From a virus (lineage: Duplodnaviria; Caudoviricetes): a stretch of 29,813 nucleotides of DNA. The position numbers were made by a program, and so were the translations under genes. This document shows, in pieces, positions 1-8,949 of this stretch. The first letter of the stretch is position 1. Every line of letters starts with the position of its first letter. The notes beneath the pieces were generated by a model. That model was given only the letters and a program-made list of their open reading frames with translations. It was not told where the DNA came from and made no database searches. Where the stretch lies: IMG/VR virus record IMGVR_UViG_3300047121_000505, positions 1 through 29,813 of that record; one strand, 5' to 3'.

Positions 1-234
1 AAAGTCATTGAAGGTAGAAAAGAATTATTACAGTATTTAAGTTTCAATCCATCAAGAATAGAAGCCATTTATAAATGGATGTATGATAACTTAGAATTAT
101 GGGGTACTACTCAATCTGAAAAAGATGCAGCAATTATTATTATACGTAATGGTTTAGCTAATCTTTCATTAGTAGGTATACCTGAAATTAACTTAGCAGC
201 AACATTAATTGAATTAACATCAAGAGGTAATTAA
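1..234 (+). CDS. Clamp loader large subunit (T4 gp44/RFC-like), C-terminal fragment
   Basis: Open frame from base 1 to TAA at 232-234, ending ...GIPEINLAATLIELTSRGN, which resembles the gp44-like C-terminal 'EINL' helix; T4-like replication context. Not in the ORF track (no start). Confidence 0.7.
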   Translation, partial: KVIEGRKELLQYLSFNPSRIEAIYKWMYDNLELWGTTQSEKDAAIIIIRNGLANLSLVGIPEINLAATLIELTSRGN

Positions 235-235
235 C

Positions 236-493
236 ATGGCAAGAGCAAAGAAAACCGAGACTAAAGAACTTGAAAGTATTACATCAGGTCATTATTCAAC
301 AAGAACTGTACATGGTGACGGTCGTGTAGATTTTGACATTGATTGGGATCAATTACGCACCCATATTAGCAATGCACTTGAAGAACATAATCGTACACGA
401 TTAGTTGAGGAAGCCCCCTACCACCCAGGCTACGAAGGCGCAGTCATCGAACAGCCTAAACCAAAAGCTAAAACAACAAGAAAGAAAAAATGA
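236..493 (+). CDS. Hypothetical protein, basic termini
   Basis: 85-aa ORF, GAGG SD upstream, ATGA overlap with next gene. Confidence 0.7.
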   Translation: MARAKKTETKELESITSGHYSTRTVHGDGRVDFDIDWDQLRTHISNALEEHNRTRLVEEAPYHPGYEGAVIEQPKPKAKTTRKKK

Positions 494-744
494 GATATTT
501 ACTGATTACATATTTGCGTAAATCAAGTGGTCAAATTGACGAGCAAGTTGGTTTTTCAACAAGATTGCGTGATAAAGACCTTTCATCTTGTAATGTCATT
601 GTTGATTATAAAGACAAAAAAGTGGTAAAATGTGTTATCGAAGGTAAAAAGGTAGAAACTGATTTTGGGTTAATGGACGATTATTATCGTAAAGTTTACC
701 CTGAATTAATTACTCAGTTGTCTGAAGCTGCTGATAAGACTTGA
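490..744 (+). CDS. Hypothetical phage protein
   Basis: 84-aa ORF translationally coupled to the previous ORF. Confidence 0.75.
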   Translation: MRYLLITYLRKSSGQIDEQVGFSTRLRDKDLSSCNVIVDYKDKKVVKCVIEGKKVETDFGLMDDYYRKVYPELITQLSEAADKT

Positions 745-769
745 CACCTTCAATTTCTTTTGATATAAT
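741..769 (+). promoter_or_regulatory. Sigma70-type (early) promoter
   Basis: TTGACA (741-746), 17-nt spacer, TATAAT (764-769): perfect consensus directly upstream of ORF 786. Confidence 0.85.
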
Positions 770-785
770 AGGTTTTTAGTGAGGA

Positions 786-1379
786 ATGATCTTGACAGAT
801 AGTAATTTGATTCTTGTTGATGTTGATGGTGTTTTGTGTAATTGGGAATATGCTTTTGATTGTTGGATGCAAGAGCATGGATATGCTAGAGTAAGTGGTT
901 CACAGTATGAATACAATATTGGAAAACGCTACGGTATCAGCAAAGAAGAAGGTAAGAAACTAATCAAGATTTTTAACGAATCTGCTGCCATTGGGTTTTT
1001 GCCACCATTACGTGATGCCATTCATTACGTCAAAAAGTTGCACGAAGAACATGGTTATGTGTTCCATGCAATCACTTCGCTTAGTTTAGACAAGAATGCG
1101 CAAAAACTTCGTCGAATGAATCTACAGAAATTGTTTGGAGAAACAGTTTTTGAAGAAATCATCTGTTTAGATACAGGTGCGGACAAAGATGAAGAACTTG
1201 CAAAGTATGCGGGTTCGGAATATTATTGGATCGAAGATAAGTATGCAAACTGTGAAGCAGGATTGCGGTGCGGTTTAAGACCAATTTTGATGGAACATGG
1301 ACACAATATGGAATATAGTCATCCCATGATCCCACGTGTTAAAAATTGGAAAGAAATTTACGAGATTATGGTTGGATAA
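786..1379 (+). CDS. HAD-superfamily phosphatase, 5'(3')-deoxyribonucleotidase-like
   Basis: Motif I DVDGV, conserved K, motif IV WIED, C-terminal HN...RVKNW. Confidence 0.8.
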   Translation: MILTDSNLILVDVDGVLCNWEYAFDCWMQEHGYARVSGSQYEYNIGKRYGISKEEGKKLIKIFNESAAIGFLPPLRDAIHYVKKLHEEHGYVFHAITSLSLDKNAQKLRRMNLQKLFGETVFEEIICLDTGADKDEELAKYAGSEYYWIEDKYANCEAGLRCGLRPILMEHGHNMEYSHPMIPRVKNWKEIYEIMVG

Positions 1380-1404
1380 GGCTCATTACTGAGCCTTATT
1401 TTTT
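1376..1404. terminator. Intrinsic terminator between convergent genes
   Basis: Stem ATAAGGCTCA / TGAGCCTTAT, loop TTAC, followed by a T tract. Confidence 0.8.
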
Positions 1405-2170
1405 ACCCGTATAATTTTAATACTTTTTCTATTATTGGGTGTCGTTGAACATCGGATACTGTAAATTTACATAATTGAATGGTATCAATTGGATGAAACT
1501 GTAATCGTTGTTCTAAATCAGTAAGTCCATTATCGGATCGTTTTCTATCTGATTGCTCTACATCTCCTGTAATAATAATCTTAGAATTCTCACCAATACG
1601 TGTTAACAACATTTTAAGTTGACTTGGTGTGGCATTTTGTGCTTCATCTAATATCACGTACGCATTTTTAAATGTTCTACCACGCATAAATGCTAGTGGT
1701 GATATTTCAATGATTTGTTCAGCTAACATGTGTTCAATTTCTTTTACATGATAGAATTCACGAAACACATCTAGCAATGGTCTTGTCCAAGGTTCCATTT
1801 TTTGGTTAAGATCGCCTGGTAAAAAGCCATGTTTTTCATCATCCACTGTAATCGCAGGGCGTGTTAATACTATGCGTTCGCATTGTTTGCTGCGTAATGC
1901 TTGTATAGCAGCAAGTGTGGCAAGATAAGTTTTTCCTGTACCTGCAGGACCTGTACCAACTACAACATCTACACGATCATCAGTAAGTGCAAGTATATAA
2001 TCTTCTTGGTTAACAGATTTGGGGATTAAATGTATTGATTTACGTTGACGTTGAGGATTAAACTCAATAGTGTTTTCATGTTTTTGGTAGTAGGTCTGTG
2101 TGTCTTTCTGTGGGTGTTTCATAAATTTTTCTTGTTCTTTTCGGATAGCCGAATTTTTTCTACGACTCAA
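1403..2170 (-). CDS. phoH: PhoH-family ATPase
   Basis: Walker A GPAGTGKT, LTRP, GFLPGD, FMRGRT, DEAQN, TRIGE, GDxxQ, RH motifs. Start moved to TTG at 2170 because AGGAG SD lies just upstream on the minus strand. Confidence 0.95.
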   Translation of the reverse strand: MSRRKNSAIRKEQEKFMKHPQKDTQTYYQKHENTIEFNPQRQRKSIHLIPKSVNQEDYILALTDDRVDVVVGTGPAGTGKTYLATLAAIQALRSKQCERIVLTRPAITVDDEKHGFLPGDLNQKMEPWTRPLLDVFREFYHVKEIEHMLAEQIIEISPLAFMRGRTFKNAYVILDEAQNATPSQLKMLLTRIGENSKIIITGDVEQSDRKRSDNGLTDLEQRLQFHPIDTIQLCKFTVSDVQRHPIIEKVLKLYG

Positions 2171-2209
2171 AATTACACTCCTTTTAGTAATGAGCAACTT
2201 GCTCAAACG

Positions 2210-2215
2210 TATTTA
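2210..2215 (-). promoter_or_regulatory. Putative late promoter (TAAATA) for phoH
   Basis: TATTTA on + strand = TAAATA on minus strand, 40 nt upstream of the phoH start; same motif precedes many + strand genes. Confidence 0.5.
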
Positions 2216-2322
2216 AAGATTTTATAACACGGTTTTATCACTACGTTTTTCTACAATTAAACGCATAAATACATAGCTGTTCTCCTAAAAACCCGTTTAC
2301 ATCTTCCATATCTAATAAAAGA

Positions 2323-2328
2323 TAAATA
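2323..2328 (+). promoter_or_regulatory. Putative late promoter (TAAATA)
   Basis: GATAAATAC intergenic, 20 nt before ATG 2349; resembles T4 late TATAAATA. Confidence 0.6.
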
Positions 2329-2348
2329 CTGTATCATGGAAAAATATT

Positions 2349-2960
2349 ATGCCTAAGAAAGATACATTCTTAGATTCATTAGAATGGGTTGACATTGTTA
2401 ATAACGTAAAAGGTATCATGACAAGTGATGGTACGATGGCTACGTTATTAGATTTTGAACGTGTTCTAGATGAAGCAGATTTATATGCATTTAAAAATTG
2501 GAAAATGGGCGAATTAGTTGATGGTCCTGTTATTGGGAAATATCTAGTTTCTTGTACATTTATGTGGCCCCGTTCAATGATGCCTGACCCACGTGCAGGT
2601 AGACGTTTGGTTACTTTAGGCTGTAAGGTTAAATTTAAAGAAACAAGTGTAGAAGTTCCCGTTGAAATTAAAGAACCTATGGACTATAAGCCAGGCACCC
2701 ATTACCCAAAGAAAACTAAAAAACATGTATGGTTAGTGAATATTACCATTCCTAAAACATTAATGAATGATATTCGTGAAGGTAGCGTAGATATTGCTGA
2801 GCAAACTATTGATTTAGAAGATTTAGATGATGCATATCAAAAAGATTACGATACTGAAGAAGTTAAAGGTGGTGAACAAGGTGGAGGACAACCTGTAGGT
2901 GGACCACCCATGCCACCACCTGCTCCTGCAGGACCCCCAACAGGAGGTCCACCACTATGA
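2349..2960 (+). CDS. Hypothetical phage protein with Pro/Gly-rich tail
   Basis: 203-aa ORF with typical codon usage. Confidence 0.8.
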   Translation: MPKKDTFLDSLEWVDIVNNVKGIMTSDGTMATLLDFERVLDEADLYAFKNWKMGELVDGPVIGKYLVSCTFMWPRSMMPDPRAGRRLVTLGCKVKFKETSVEVPVEIKEPMDYKPGTHYPKKTKKHVWLVNITIPKTLMNDIREGSVDIAEQTIDLEDLDDAYQKDYDTEEVKGGEQGGGQPVGGPPMPPPAPAGPPTGGPPL

Positions 2961-3493
2961 CCATATTAAACGAAAGTCTTAATTATTTGGACATGGAACA
3001 TTTGATTGTTCCTATTGTTGGTATTGACAAGTATAAATCATCAATGGGTAAAGATAGTGATATTATAACATTAAGCTTTACGGTAAAAGATGAAAATGCT
3101 GCTGAAGATTTAGTGAATTGGTTTGAACGTGGTTATGATTGGGTACTTGACTCTGATCGTAGCCCAGGCGAAGTCTCCCCCAATAAATATCTAGTGTTTG
3201 TTGAATTAGAGCGTAAAAAAATTGCAGCAAAACATATTATTACATTAATTGAAGATTTAAAAACATTAACAGGAATTCCTATTGAAAATTGGAGTTTAAA
3301 AGCGAATGGTGAAAAAGGTGATGCAAGCGTAGAGTTTATTCAAGCTAACGTTCCACTAAATTCATCTGAGTATAAAGAAGAAAATGATTTAGAATTAAAT
3401 GAATGGCGTAACATTGCAGGAGTAAGTGTACAAACTAGTGTATCTAAAGATGAAGATATATTAGCGATGCAACGTCAAGCAGGTATAATTTAA
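2957..3493 (+). CDS. Hypothetical phage protein
   Basis: 178-aa ORF, ATGA overlap. Confidence 0.8.
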   Translation: MTILNESLNYLDMEHLIVPIVGIDKYKSSMGKDSDIITLSFTVKDENAAEDLVNWFERGYDWVLDSDRSPGEVSPNKYLVFVELERKKIAAKHIITLIEDLKTLTGIPIENWSLKANGEKGDASVEFIQANVPLNSSEYKEENDLELNEWRNIAGVSVQTSVSKDEDILAMQRQAGII

Positions 3494-3503
3494 GGAAACA
3501 AGC

Positions 3504-4004
3504 ATGCCTATAACAACAATAACATTGGCACAACGTTCTGACGATGAAAAAGGTTTTGCGCTTAATGATGAAGCACATGAGCGTTTAGTTAAAGATCCAA
3601 GTGTAAAAACAGATGGTTGGCATAGCCCACATGATTTAAAAGCAGCACAACAATGGGGAGCACCACCACAAGCTAATCAAGCTGAAATCCTCAAAAACCC
3701 AGGCGGCGCAATGCAAAGCGGTCCTGCTGAAGTGCTGATCAAAACGGATGATAGTTTTGGTAACTTTATTAACAGTAAGTGGCGACCCATGATGGCTGTT
3801 ATTTACATGGTTACCTGTACATGTGATTTTGTAATATTCCCTATACTTTGGAGTGTATTACAAGCGTTAAGTCATGGACAAGTTAACAGTCAATGGATGC
3901 CAATTACCCTACAAGGTGCAGGTTTATACCATATTGCTATGGGTGCAGTGTTAGGTTTAGCAGCATATGGACGTAGCCAAGAAAAAATCGCAGGGAAAGC
4001 TTAA
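3504..4004 (+). CDS. Membrane protein, GTA_holin_3TM-like putative holin
   Basis: WRP followed by hydrophobic helices and C-terminal LGLAAYGRSQEK pattern. Confidence 0.6.
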   Translation: MPITTITLAQRSDDEKGFALNDEAHERLVKDPSVKTDGWHSPHDLKAAQQWGAPPQANQAEILKNPGGAMQSGPAEVLIKTDDSFGNFINSKWRPMMAVIYMVTCTCDFVIFPILWSVLQALSHGQVNSQWMPITLQGAGLYHIAMGAVLGLAAYGRSQEKIAGKA

Positions 4005-4018
4005 GTTTAAATAACTTA

Positions 4019-4813
4019 ATGGACCATTATCAAACATTGGGTGTGGACAGAAATGCCACACCTGATGAAATTAAAAAAGCATATCGTAAACTAGCTAGTC
4101 AACATCATCCTGATCGTGGTGGAGATACTGCTAAGTTTCAATCAATTCAAGTAGCATATGATACATTAAGCGACCCACAAAAAAAGGCAGCTTACGATAG
4201 CCCTCAACCACAATTTAATGGATTTAACCCACAGCAAGGTGGTTTTCATTTTAACTTTGGTGGTCCACAGTTTGAAGATATTTTCGGACAGTTTTTTAGA
4301 CAGCAAGCAAGACCACAAAAACGTATCTATACAGCAACCATTTTTGTCACCCTAGAACAAATTGCTAAGGGTGAACAACAAACCGTACATCTTAATACAC
4401 CAAGTGGTCCACAATTATTTAAGATTGATTTACCTAGGGGTATTGACGATGGTGCTGTAGTACGGTATGATGGGCTATTGCCTGATGGGTTACTTCAAGT
4501 TAATTTCAGGCAACATAGTCATCCACTATTTGATCGTCGAGGATTGGATATTTATTATACAGTTGATGTTTCTATTTTTGATTTAGTCATTGGTAAAAAA
4601 ATTATTGTCCCAACTATTTTAGGCAAGGAGTTAGAAATTACGATAGATCCACGTACACGTCCTAATTCAACACTTAGGTTAAATGGACATGGTATGGTAA
4701 CTCAACAAGGTCAAGGTGATCAATATGTCATTATTAAACCTGTTATGCCCGAAAGTATAGATGACGAAATCATCAGAGTTTTAGAGAAACATTGTAATGT
4801 AAATACGAAATGA
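4019..4813 (+). CDS. dnaJ: DnaJ/CbpA-class co-chaperone
   Basis: J domain with HPD, G/F-rich linker, C-terminal DnaJ_C-like region, no zinc finger. Confidence 0.9.
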   Translation: MDHYQTLGVDRNATPDEIKKAYRKLASQHHPDRGGDTAKFQSIQVAYDTLSDPQKKAAYDSPQPQFNGFNPQQGGFHFNFGGPQFEDIFGQFFRQQARPQKRIYTATIFVTLEQIAKGEQQTVHLNTPSGPQLFKIDLPRGIDDGAVVRYDGLLPDGLLQVNFRQHSHPLFDRRGLDIYYTVDVSIFDLVIGKKIIVPTILGKELEITIDPRTRPNSTLRLNGHGMVTQQGQGDQYVIIKPVMPESIDDEIIRVLEKHCNVNTK

Positions 4814-5247
4814 AATTAACTAAAAGAACGTTACACCTTGAAACCAAACCTGTAAATTTTACTTACCCAATTAAAAATGAATTATTGGGTACTGAATTAT
4901 TAAAATTTATGCACAAAAGTGGTGGTATTGGTTTAGCAGCAAATCAAGTTGGGTTGCGAGACCGTGTGTTTGTTATGAGTGTAAATGACAATGACCGTGT
5001 ATTTTATAACCCAAAAATCATTGATTTTAGTCAAAAAATGGTTCCATATACCGAAGGTTGCCTAAGTTATCCTAATGAATCGGTAGAGCTAGAAAGACCT
5101 GATACAATTATGTTAGAGTATCAAACTGCTGAAGGTAAATTCATAGCTGAATATTTTAGTAATTTAGAAGCTAGAGTTATACAGCATGAAGTTGATCACT
5201 TAAATGGAATTACAATGCATGATAGAAAATCGGAGAATAAAGAATGA
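4810..5247 (+). CDS. def: Peptide deformylase
   Basis: GIGLAANQ, EGCLS and QHEVDHL motifs. Confidence 0.95.
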   Translation: MKLTKRTLHLETKPVNFTYPIKNELLGTELLKFMHKSGGIGLAANQVGLRDRVFVMSVNDNDRVFYNPKIIDFSQKMVPYTEGCLSYPNESVELERPDTIMLEYQTAEGKFIAEYFSNLEARVIQHEVDHLNGITMHDRKSENKE

Positions 5248-7529
5248 TTACAAATCCTGAGATTGAAAGTATTATTGAAGAAGCAATTCGTATTGCTAAA
5301 ACTAAAAAACATGCTTATGTTACATTAGAACATGCGTTGTTAAGTATGATTACCTATGATTCATTTAGAAAACTACTTGATGATTTTGGCGTAGATACTG
5401 AGCAAATGATTACTGAAGTAAATGGTTATCTAGATTCAATGAATACTTTAGTAGTAAATGCTCCTACTGATGATACTGAATCTGAAATTGCCCCTAAGAA
5501 AACTAATTCACTAGAGCGAGTTTTCAATCGTGCAGTAACACAAGTATTGTTTACAGGGCGCAGACAAATTGAAATTATTGACTTGTATGCGTCATTAATG
5601 CAAGAAACAAATAGTCACGCACATTATTTCTTATTAAAATGGGGCATAACACGTTCTGAATTCATTCAATATTGGAACAAAAAACAAAAATCAATTAAAC
5701 ATAGTTCAAAACTATCTGAAGAACAAGCTAATGAAATACTAGAAGAACATACTATTAATCTTACTCATTTAGCAAAGAAAGGTAAAATTGAACCATTAAT
5801 TGGGCGTGAAACTGAAGTAGAAGATATTATTAATGTTTTAGCTAAACGATTTAAATCAAATGTATTAATGGTTGGCGACCCAGGCGTTGGTAAAACCGTT
5901 ATCGCTGAAGGTTTAGCACAACGTATTATTGATGAAGAAGTTCCACCATTCCTACTAGAACATGAAGTATATTCATTAGAAGTAGGATCATTGCTTGCAG
6001 GATCTAAGTATCGTGGTGACTTTGAAGAAAAAGTCAAACAAGTTATGGAAGCACTAGCAAGCAAGCCAAAAACAATCTTGTTTATTGACGAAGCACATAC
6101 TATGCGAGGTAGTGGTAATGGTAGTGGTGGTAGCGTAGATTTTGCTAACATGATTAAACCTGCTATTACTAAAGGTAATCTAAAAATTATAGCAAGTACA
6201 ACATGGGAAGAATATTACGAGTCATTTGAAAAAGATCGTGCATTAATGCGTCGATTCTATCGTGTTTCTATTGATGAACCTGATCGTGATACTACCATTA
6301 ATATTCTTACAGGTTTAAGTCAACGTTTGCAAAAGTTTCATGATGTTGTTATTGAAAAAGATGCTATTGAAGCATCAGTGACGTACAGTAGTCGATATAT
6401 ACATGAGCGTAAAAACCCTGATAAAAGTATTGATCTATTAGATGCAGCATGTGCAAAACAACGTGTAGCTAATAATAATGGTGCAATTATTAATGAAGCT
6501 AGTATCAAAGAACAAGTTACTAGAATGTGTGGGGTTTCACCTGACAAATTAAGCGGTGATAACTCAGATAAGATGATTAATCTTGAGGGTAATATCAAGT
6601 CTAAATTGTTTGGTCAAGATGAAACCGTTGAACAAATTCTAGAACGTATCTATGTTAGTTATGCAGGTATTTCAAATGAAAAGAAACCTATGGCAAGTTT
6701 CTTATTTTTGGGACCAACAGGTAGTGGTAAGACTGAAACCGCACGTTTATTAAGTGAATACCTTAGTATGCCATTGTTGCGTTATGATATGAGTGAATAT
6801 CAAGAAAAGCATAGTGTTGCTGCGTTGATTGGGGCACCTCCTGGGTATGTGGGGTATGGGGAAGGTAATCTTGGTGGTGGAAAAATTATCAATGATTTAA
6901 GTAAAAACCCATATGCAATACTATTGTTTGATGAAGTTGAAAAAGCACATCCTGACGTTTATAACCTATTCTTGCAATTATTAGATGAAGGTAGAATTAC
7001 TAGTACAAATGGTAAAACTGTTGATGCCAAGAATACTATCATCATTATGACAAGTAATTTAGGAGCAAGAGATAGTGAACGAGCAAACATTGGGTTTGGG
7101 TCAACACAAAAAACGGGTGAAGATGATAAAGCATTAAAAGAATTTTTCAAGCCTGAATTACGTAATCGTATTGATATGGTTTGTAAGTTCAAAAAGTTAG
7201 ATAATCTTGCGATTAAAAAAATTGTGGTTAAATTTGTTAATGAACTTAAGTCACAATTATTATCACAGCATGATATTACGTTGAATTTAGCCGAAGACAC
7301 TGTTGAATATCTAGCTAAGGTTGGGTACGATGACAAAATGGGAGCACGTCCACTTGCACGTAAAATTGATGAAGTCATTCGTGTACCGTTAAGTAAAAAG
7401 ATCTTGTTTGAGCGTCTTAAATCATCGGTTGTTAATACCACAGTGGTTGATGACAAGATCGAATTTACTGCAGAAGTAAAATTAAATAGGACTAGCGTAA
7501 TTGGAACAGATGGTATTATCAGGGTTTAG
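5244..7529 (+). CDS. clpA: ClpA-like AAA+ unfoldase
   Basis: Clp N domain, NBD1 GDPGVGKT/LFIDE, pore loop KYRG, NBD2 GPTGSGKT/GYVG/LFDE, IGF ClpP-docking loop, no ClpB middle domain. Confidence 0.92.
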   Translation: MITNPEIESIIEEAIRIAKTKKHAYVTLEHALLSMITYDSFRKLLDDFGVDTEQMITEVNGYLDSMNTLVVNAPTDDTESEIAPKKTNSLERVFNRAVTQVLFTGRRQIEIIDLYASLMQETNSHAHYFLLKWGITRSEFIQYWNKKQKSIKHSSKLSEEQANEILEEHTINLTHLAKKGKIEPLIGRETEVEDIINVLAKRFKSNVLMVGDPGVGKTVIAEGLAQRIIDEEVPPFLLEHEVYSLEVGSLLAGSKYRGDFEEKVKQVMEALASKPKTILFIDEAHTMRGSGNGSGGSVDFANMIKPAITKGNLKIIASTTWEEYYESFEKDRALMRRFYRVSIDEPDRDTTINILTGLSQRLQKFHDVVIEKDAIEASVTYSSRYIHERKNPDKSIDLLDAACAKQRVANNNGAIINEASIKEQVTRMCGVSPDKLSGDNSDKMINLEGNIKSKLFGQDETVEQILERIYVSYAGISNEKKPMASFLFLGPTGSGKTETARLLSEYLSMPLLRYDMSEYQEKHSVAALIGAPPGYVGYGEGNLGGGKIINDLSKNPYAILLFDEVEKAHPDVYNLFLQLLDEGRITSTNGKTVDAKNTIIIMTSNLGARDSERANIGFGSTQKTGEDDKALKEFFKPELRNRIDMVCKFKKLDNLAIKKIVVKFVNELKSQLLSQHDITLNLAEDTVEYLAKVGYDDKMGARPLARKIDEVIRVPLSKKILFERLKSSVVNTTVVDDKIEFTAEVKLNRTSVIGTDGIIRV

Positions 7530-8184
7530 TTATACAAATCTTGTATCTAACCCTAATCAACATTGGTTATGGTATGACAAGTACAAGTATAAAACAACAT
7601 TTCATATTGCACAAGCAGGTATTTTTAAGGCCTACGATGTAGCTTATATAGATCGTGAATTAGAACGTGCTAATAATCGTGCTACTTACCAAAAAAATTT
7701 AACTGAACTTAGAAAATTTTTATTATGGAAAGAAAAATATGTAGAATTTGTTAAAACATTGACACATCGTAATGATATTACAGTGTATTCAACACGATAT
7801 GATGTTTTAGAAGAAATTGCTATAACCTTACAACAACCTGAAACAGTTGAAGAAGTGCTTTATACCTTTTCTAGACCAAAAGAAACTATATACCATAAAA
7901 ACCCAAAGCATAATTTTCGTGTATTTTTAAAAAGTAAAGTGTATACAGCTAAAGATATCCAGGATTTACAAGAATTTTTTACAAAGTATAGCAAACATTT
8001 TTTCCCTTCAGCTAATTTAAGTTGGTTTTTAAATTGGGATAATAGAAACAAAAATGGGAGGTGGAGCGATGGAAACTTATTTTTTGATTATGATCAAGAA
8101 CAAGTGCAATCATTATTTTATATGACTTTTCATGAACATATTAAAAAGGAATGTATGATACAAAAACCTCCTGAAATAGCATAA
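7501..8184 (+). CDS. Hypothetical protein (start may be ATG 7510)
   Basis: Long ORF between clpA and next promoter. Confidence 0.7.
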   Translation: MEQMVLSGFSYTNLVSNPNQHWLWYDKYKYKTTFHIAQAGIFKAYDVAYIDRELERANNRATYQKNLTELRKFLLWKEKYVEFVKTLTHRNDITVYSTRYDVLEEIAITLQQPETVEEVLYTFSRPKETIYHKNPKHNFRVFLKSKVYTAKDIQDLQEFFTKYSKHFFPSANLSWFLNWDNRNKNGRWSDGNLFFDYDQEQVQSLFYMTFHEHIKKECMIQKPPEIA

Positions 8185-8204
8185 ATATATAACAGGAGGC
8201 TTTT
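8163..8204 (+). promoter_or_regulatory. Late promoter in hairpin loop with SD in the stem
   Basis: CCTCCTG (8167-8173) / CAGGAGG (8193-8199) stem, TAAATA at 8182-8187 in loop, ATG at 8205. Confidence 0.7.
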
Positions 8205-8369
8205 ATGGCTAAAATTCAAGAAGAAATTGTTGTTATACGTTTAAGTAAGTTAATTAAAGATACTGAAACTATAACAACATTAACTGATAAGGATTTTGCA
8301 CCAAGTTTAGAAGCAATTGTTCAAGAATTACTTGATAGTAATATTATTGTTGAGGTGGAGAAACAATAA
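8205..8369 (+). CDS. Small hypothetical protein (54 aa, MAKIQEEIVVIRLSKLIKD...)
   Basis: Not in ORF track; strong AGGAGG SD, TAATG overlap with next gene. Confidence 0.8.
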   Translation: MAKIQEEIVVIRLSKLIKDTETITTLTDKDFAPSLEAIVQELLDSNIIVEVEKQ

Positions 8370-8707
8370 TGTCACTTGTGTTAACAACTGAAACAATTGC
8401 TGCAAATGTTAATGGTGCAAACGTAGGACCAACATGGAAAGGTAGCGCAGCTAAGGGTGTAAGTTATTTCTTATCGCCAAAGACTACTACCACTGTAAAT
8501 TATTCTAATACAGGTGCAGTAAGTGGCAATGTTGTTATACAAGGTTCGTTAGAAATCAGTCCATCTGAAGATAAAGATTGGGTTGATTTATTGACTATTG
8601 ATTTTAGTAATGTAGCACCACAACCTATACAAGGTAATTGGTTATGGATGCGTGGGCAAGCATCTGATTTTACAAGTGGAATCATAAATATTTCTATCAC
8701 TTACTAA
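8369..8707 (+). CDS. Hypothetical beta-rich protein, possibly virion-associated
   Basis: 112-aa ORF with GGAG SD in a putative late unit. Confidence 0.7.
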   Translation: MSLVLTTETIAANVNGANVGPTWKGSAAKGVSYFLSPKTTTTVNYSNTGAVSGNVVIQGSLEISPSEDKDWVDLLTIDFSNVAPQPIQGNWLWMRGQASDFTSGIINISITY

Positions 8708-8708
8708 T

Positions 8709-8897
8709 ATGAAAAAAGAAGCTATACTAAAATTAATTGCTGAAAGCAAACCATTGTTAAGCACTGCTACACCACAGCAAAAGCTACGTTTGTTACAATT
8801 AATTAAAGAAGGTTTAAAACAAGCTTCACAAGTAAGACCAATGGTATTACAAGAAACTGAACAACCATCAAACAACGATTATGTAGCAGAAAAATAA
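8709..8897 (+). CDS. Small hypothetical protein
   Basis: 62-aa ORF packed between neighbours. Confidence 0.65.
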   Translation: MKKEAILKLIAESKPLLSTATPQQKLRLLQLIKEGLKQASQVRPMVLQETEQPSNNDYVAEK

Positions 8898-8949
8898 TTT
8901 GAGCATCATCAAACCCATTAAATATCCATATCTTAACAAGAGGATATTT

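Noticed and set aside
2045-2227. 60-aa hydrophobic + strand ORF
   Set aside because: Overlaps phoH antisense; hydrophobicity reflects the T-rich complement.
5765-7456. Minus-strand ORFs inside clpA (and similar ones within the polyprotein, polymerase, uvsE, rnh)
   Set aside because: Antisense shadows of well-supported genes with no motifs or start signals.
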